Assembly (NCBI GenBank): GCA_000165345.1
Contig: CM000436.1
Location: 1,184,001 to 1,248,000, forward strand
Direction of reading: 5' to 3'
Length of the DNA: 64,000 nucleotides
Part shown: piece by piece, positions 59,233-64,000 of the stretch
How the letters are laid out: each line of letters starts with the position of its first letter
Position numbering within the stretch: the first letter of the stretch is position 1
The notes under the pieces: generated by a model
What the model was told of the DNA's origin: nothing
What the model saw: the letters and a program-made list of their open reading frames with translations, nothing else
Database searches by the model: none
Program-made: the position numbers and the translations under genes

Positions 59233-62200
59233 TTATATACTTAGTTTGCTCTTCATTATCTCTTTAAAACTTTCGTTACAAATCTCCAAAACTACAAAAT
59301 ATGGTATACTCTTAAATTTACCCCATAACTTCGAAGAAATCACGTCATTACTATCCAAATAATCCTTCTTAAGACCACCTTTAACCTTATGAGAGTATCT
59401 AAAAGATGTAACTCCAACCAGAATTCTAGCAATATCTGCTGGAAAAATTACATCAAATTCTTCAAACCCTACATAATGTCCAAAATCTTGTCTTAAGGTT
59501 GCTTCTTCCTGTTGGGTATCGTCTTTTTTTCTTCTTTTAAAATCTTTTTGAAACTTGGAAGAAAAGTGAGATATTATTCTCTCTGTTGAAATTCGATAAG
59601 TTTCCCATTGTACTGGACTTAAATCATTAAGATAATTGCTTAATAAACTATTTATACCTGACTTTATACAAGAACTTATCTTCTGATATGCTTCCCTAAT
59701 TTCCTTTCTTTCACTTAATCTTGTATTAATATCTTCATTTTGAAAATCTGATAATTGTGATCTCTCTTGTTTCAAAATTTCTATTGAATCTTTATCCTCT
59801 TCAACTTTTTTACTTATATCTTGACTTCCTATTAAAGAATCTAATTGAACTAACTCTCTCCCTCCCAATGCAAGATCTTGTAATAATTCCTGATTCCATT
59901 TTGTAATCCAAATTTCCTGTATCATCATTTCAAAGGTATTATCTCCAAATGATTTATTATTAGAATTTCCAAAAATTAATTCTTTAATAAAACCACTAGA
60001 AATACCTTCTAAACCTTCATTTGAAATTGATTCTGAATTTTGATATTCATTCACCTCTTGATCAAATAGCTTAATATAAAGCTCAGATCTTTTATTAGCA
60101 AAATATGATTCAATAATAGAATCCTTACAACTTTTATCCATTCCAAATTTTTGAAATGAAAAATAAGCAATATCCAACTTCCAAAGTTCATTAGAATTAC
60201 GATAAACCAACTCTTTATGTAAATCTTCAACTAAAATATCCAACCAATTTTCTTTAATTATTTCTGAATCAGATTCTAAAAATAAAGATTTAAAATCTCT
60301 TCTAGATTTAAATTCTTCCATATCTACAATATATTGTGAATTGTCTTTAATTAAACTTTGACCTAAAATTATACATTGTTTATTTGTTAATCTTTCCACA
60401 GAAATCTTCCAAGTACTTTTTTCATTCTCAACTTCATCCTCCAATTCTTCTAAACTCTTTTCTAAAAACATAGATGCCTCTAAAAGATTAATAGTAATAA
60501 CACCAGAATTCTCTGTTGAAAATCTTGATAATGAACTAAAAAAATCACTCTTCTCTTTAATCTTGGAAAAATCTTCATCAAAACATCTGATTTTTAAATA
60601 TGGACTCCCTCTTATATAACTAGACCAACTAGCTTTAATATTCTTTCCTTTATATTTTATTCCTAATAAATAATCCATATATAGCTTTAAATTATATAAT
60701 AAAGTCTCAATTTCTTCCATTTGTTTCACATTTAAAATAATCTTGAAAAATTCCATTGGGAAAATTTCCAATTCTATTTTTTTCTTTTCAAAATCATTAT
60801 TTATATCCATTATATGATTATTACTAAAATCATATCTACCAAGTATTACATGTAATAAACATCTTAAAGCTGTTTTATCTATTAATGAAGCTGAAATAAT
60901 TTGTCTCTTATTTCTATAATCTTCATCAGATAATAACATTAAACATATTCCCAACTTATCCAATTGCCTTGCACATCTTCCAGTTTCTTGTATATATTGT
61001 TCTAAAGAATTTGGCATATTCCAATGTATTACTGCATCAACATCTTTTTTATCAATTCCCATACCAAAAGATGTTGTTGCTACAAATATATTTGTCTTAT
61101 TATCAATAAATGATTTTTGTACCATTTCTCTCTCGCTATTACTCATCATTCCATGATAATATAAAGCATTTGCTCCTTTTGTTCTTAAGTAATTTGTTAC
61201 AGCTTCCACTTCTGATCTTTGCCAGACGTAAATCAATATATTTCTACATTTTGACCAAACTTCTCTCCTTGTTTTCTTTTTCTCATGTAATTGAGATTCT
61301 ACTTGAGTACTATTATTTGGATTATGATTACCATTCAAAGAATATTTAATGTGATCCCATAATAAAGAGTAGTTATTGTACATTTTTGGTACTTTTGTAA
61401 TATTCAAACTTAATCCTCTATTAAAATCTTGTAATGCTTTTTTTTTCATAGAATCCAGATGCAAAACTTTACAATGAAGATTTTCCCTTTGTATTTTTTG
61501 GTTAGAATATGGTTGTATAACCTCTCCCACTTTAAGCAAAGATTTGAGTTCTTCTAACATACCAGAAGGAGCAGTAGCAGTAATTCCTAATATTCTCTCA
61601 ACTTTAAAGTTATTTATTAAATGTCCAATAGAAGAGTAATAACTTGGTCTGAATGAATGTCCCCATTCACAAACACAATGTGCTTCATCTACACATAGTA
61701 ATGCAATTTTGTTCTTTGACAAATCCAATCTAGCCATTCTAATTTCATGTTGATCTTGATTAATTTCTAACAATCCTTTTGTTAAAAATGTTGAAAACAT
61801 ACTTTCTGGTGTAACAAATAAAATATCCAAACTACCCTCTTGAATTAACTTTATAATAGACTTCTTCTCTTCTACTGATACACTTGAATTCCAGATTGCT
61901 CCTCTAATTCTTTTACTTAAAGTCCTTAATTGATCTTGCATTAAAGATATTAAAGGCGTAATTACTATTGTAACTTTCCCAAACCACATATTTAATAACA
62001 ATGATAAGTATTGGAAACACAAACTTTTTCCATATCCTGTTGGAAGAATTAAAATACTTCCTTTTTTAAAACTCTTATTTTCTTTACCACTTAATAGTAT
62101 CGAATATATTGCTTCCAGTTGGCCTTCTCTAAAATCACCATATCCAAAATTTTCTTCCAAAAACTGTTTACATAAATTTCCTAAAACCTGACAATTATTT

Positions 62201-63498
62201 CCAGAATTACTTTCATTCTTCTTATCATTATCAGCTTGATAAATTAAAGAATCAACTTCTTCTTTTATCTTTTTAGATAATTCCAAAGATGGTCTATCCA
62301 AAAGAGAGATTTCTTCTCTGAAGCAATCTTTACAACCTTGAGAAAAGTTATTAGACCATTTTCTTGGGTCATTTAATATATCACTTTCTTGTAACTTTAG
62401 ACTCTCGTGATTTCTTCTCTCATTATTACTCTTGTTCTTCAATAAATACTTGTTGAACTTGACTTCATTTCTCTTTTCTTCTATCCTTTCCCATTTCTTC
62501 AAATTCCGAACTTGTTCACCACCATTATTCATCATATTTTCTTTCCCTTCTTCAATTGTATTTTCAGATTCAATTTCCTTATCTTTGTTGACTCTCACTC
62601 TACCATTACTATTATAAGTTCTTTTTCTAACTGCTCTAACTGTTGATACTCCACTAATATACCTATTCTTGCTCTTGGGGACGGTTTTTGGACCCCAAAG
62701 CTCAGAAGAACCCTTTTCTTTTTGCTGTCTCTTTCGACCTTTCCTATTTTCCTCATTCACCTTACTGACTTCTTCTGTAGATACTTCTCGTACTTCGCTC
62801 TCTCTGATTTGAATATTTTTAGTTTCTTGATCTAAATTATTCTGACTTTCATTACTAATATCTCCCTCATCCAATTCTCCTATATCTTTGTGTTTCTTGT
62901 TATTAATAGAATTTGTCTCTTTTTTCATATTATCTAAATCATTATCCAATCTAGAATCTTCTTGTGATGGCTTATTTTCAGAAACTAATAATCTTGGTAA
63001 TAGCCTTGAGCCTATCTTTCTACTATCCAATATTATCTTTGAAATCTTATCTTTGAACTTTAGCCAATAATCCCTCATCTCATTTGGAGGCTGATTAAAC
63101 TCCTCCCATTTAGTATAATAATGATCATTTTTCCACTTTATAAAGCATTCAAGTATATCAGATTTACTTTCCTCCAATTGAATTATTTCCAAGTATACAC
63201 CAAAGTATTTGTCTTGTTTGATTTGGTCACTTATCACCTCTTTTTGTTCTTTAGAGTCACTTTTGCTCGTCCAAGTATTTCTAATTCGTTCCAAAATATC
63301 TTCAAGGTTCAATTTTTCCTCCTCTTTATCTAACTGATCTTGAACTAATAACTTTAAATCTGATAATGCTTTGTCCAACTTTTGTTTATAAGGCAAAAAT
63401 TGCTCACTATATGGAGTTAGTGGCAAATTTAATACTACATCTGAAAGGTCTGTACCATTATATATTTGTCTTATTGTTCGCTTGTTTCCAGTACTCAT
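59233..63498 (-). CDS. RecQ-family DNA helicase (1421 aa)
   Basis: GDFREGQLEAIYSILLSGKENKSFKKGSILILPTGYGKSLCFQYLSLL, VTIVITPLISLMQDQ, LLCVDEAHCVCEWGHSFRPSY and the later FVATTSFGMGIDKKDVDAVIHWNMP are RecQ helicase motifs I, Ib, II and V-VI. ATG at 63498-63496. Confidence 0.85.
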   Translation of the reverse strand: MSTGNKRTIRQIYNGTDLSDVVLNLPLTPYSEQFLPYKQKLDKALSDLKLLVQDQLDKEEEKLNLEDILERIRNTWTSKSDSKEQKEVISDQIKQDKYFGVYLEIIQLEESKSDILECFIKWKNDHYYTKWEEFNQPPNEMRDYWLKFKDKISKIILDSRKIGSRLLPRLLVSENKPSQEDSRLDNDLDNMKKETNSINNKKHKDIGELDEGDISNESQNNLDQETKNIQIRESEVREVSTEEVSKVNEENRKGRKRQQKEKGSSELWGPKTVPKSKNRYISGVSTVRAVRKRTYNSNGRVRVNKDKEIESENTIEEGKENMMNNGGEQVRNLKKWERIEEKRNEVKFNKYLLKNKSNNERRNHESLKLQESDILNDPRKWSNNFSQGCKDCFREEISLLDRPSLELSKKIKEEVDSLIYQADNDKKNESNSGNNCQVLGNLCKQFLEENFGYGDFREGQLEAIYSILLSGKENKSFKKGSILILPTGYGKSLCFQYLSLLLNMWFGKVTIVITPLISLMQDQLRTLSKRIRGAIWNSSVSVEEKKSIIKLIQEGSLDILFVTPESMFSTFLTKGLLEINQDQHEIRMARLDLSKNKIALLCVDEAHCVCEWGHSFRPSYYSSIGHLINNFKVERILGITATAPSGMLEELKSLLKVGEVIQPYSNQKIQRENLHCKVLHLDSMKKKALQDFNRGLSLNITKVPKMYNNYSLLWDHIKYSLNGNHNPNNSTQVESQLHEKKKTRREVWSKCRNILIYVWQRSEVEAVTNYLRTKGANALYYHGMMSNSEREMVQKSFIDNKTNIFVATTSFGMGIDKKDVDAVIHWNMPNSLEQYIQETGRCARQLDKLGICLMLLSDEDYRNKRQIISASLIDKTALRCLLHVILGRYDFSNNHIMDINNDFEKKKIELEIFPMEFFKIILNVKQMEEIETLLYNLKLYMDYLLGIKYKGKNIKASWSSYIRGSPYLKIRCFDEDFSKIKEKSDFFSSLSRFSTENSGVITINLLEASMFLEKSLEELEDEVENEKSTWKISVERLTNKQCIILGQSLIKDNSQYIVDMEEFKSRRDFKSLFLESDSEIIKENWLDILVEDLHKELVYRNSNELWKLDIAYFSFQKFGMDKSCKDSIIESYFANKRSELYIKLFDQEVNEYQNSESISNEGLEGISSGFIKELIFGNSNNKSFGDNTFEMMIQEIWITKWNQELLQDLALGGRELVQLDSLIGSQDISKKVEEDKDSIEILKQERSQLSDFQNEDINTRLSERKEIREAYQKISSCIKSGINSLLSNYLNDLSPVQWETYRISTERIISHFSSKFQKDFKRRKKDDTQQEEATLRQDFGHYVGFEEFDVIFPADIARILVGVTSFRYSHKVKGGLKKDYLDSNDVISSKLWGKFKSIPYFVVLEICNESFKEIMKSKLSI

Positions 63499-63920
63499 TT
63501 CATCCTATTTTAAGCTTAATTATTACTAATACTTTAACAGTTAATTATTATTATTATTATTATTATTTTACCAAAGAGAAATTCAAGTTATTGTAAGGTC
63601 TAGTATAGTTAATCAATGAGAATATATTATGGTTTTTAACTCTTCAAAAAGTCAAATGTACCACTAGCAAATCCCAATTCTTTATATAATCTACTCAGCT
63701 TTCTTCTCAAAATTCTTTGATTATATTCCACCTGATACTATTACTCTATTTCCAAATCCAATTTTTCCAACCTCTTTTGTCATCTAATTCTTTATATATA
63801 ATGCTAACATTCAACCGGATAATACATGTTACTGATGTTTTTCCTTTTTGGCTATTTTCTTTTTCTTTTTTTCCCTTTGCTACCTTTTTGTTACATTTAA
63901 CTCTTGGGAAAGTGTGGGGA

Positions 63921-64000
63921 AGATTGCCCGCTCAAAATTGCATGTATTAAGCTCCGGTAAAATGTTCATGTAGTTTTGCAATACCGGTATGCCTGCATGC
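63921..64000. promoter_or_regulatory. TTGCCCGCTCAAAATTGCATG ... CTCCGGTAAAATG ... AATACCGGTATGCCTGCATGC, upstream of the RecQ gene (minus)
   Basis: CCCGCTCAAAA (as at 2069), two CCGGTA copies and a terminal GCATGC. Confidence 0.45.

Overview
This window is AT-rich eukaryotic nuclear DNA, not prokaryotic or phage. I find about 21 protein-coding genes on both strands, separated by short, extremely AT-rich intergenic regions. At least 7 genes have short spliceosomal introns (53-245 nt) with GTAAGT donors, AG acceptors and poly-T/A tracts. Several introns lie at gene ends and create micro-exons of 9, 36 and 57 nt that an ORF-only view misses. Nearly every 5' intergenic region carries isolated GC-rich elements: GGCGCC/GGCGGG boxes (including TTTGGCGGGAAAA and the perfect palindrome TTTGGCGCCAAA), often paired with GCATGC, CATGTG or (A/T)ACCGGTA(T/A). 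This is the E2F/DP-like plus GCATGC promoter grammar described for Cryptosporidium. Together with the ~25-30% GC content, the compact layout and the low-complexity inserts in proteins, it makes a Cryptosporidium-type apicomplexan chromosome segment the best inference. Genes I recognise from the sequence: a CPSF160/DDB1-family fragment (5'-truncated by the window edge), a RIC1-like giant WD protein, V-ATPase proteolipid c'', a RING-CH + FHA protein, the RNA polymerase II CTD phosphatase FCP1, a small spliced zinc-ribbon protein, a Kazal-domain mucin, a giant SANT-domain low-complexity protein, an SLP1/SUCO-type SUN-domain membrane protein, a secreted His/Gln-rich 5-exon protein, UTP23 (3 exons), a polytopic membrane protein with a poly-His tail, a 4-exon AP-complex sigma subunit that the ORF track misses entirely, PAN2 deadenylase, a WD40 protein, a J-domain protein, a bifunctional trehalose-6-phosphate synthase/phosphatase and a RecQ helicase. 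I found no tRNA, rRNA, CRISPR array or transposon. The repeats are microsatellites, and many of them sit inside coding sequence where they encode homopolymer tracts. The ORF track calls 'M' at TTG and GTG as well as ATG, so I re-checked each start for a real ATG. All exon coordinates are hand-counted and may be off by 1 nt.
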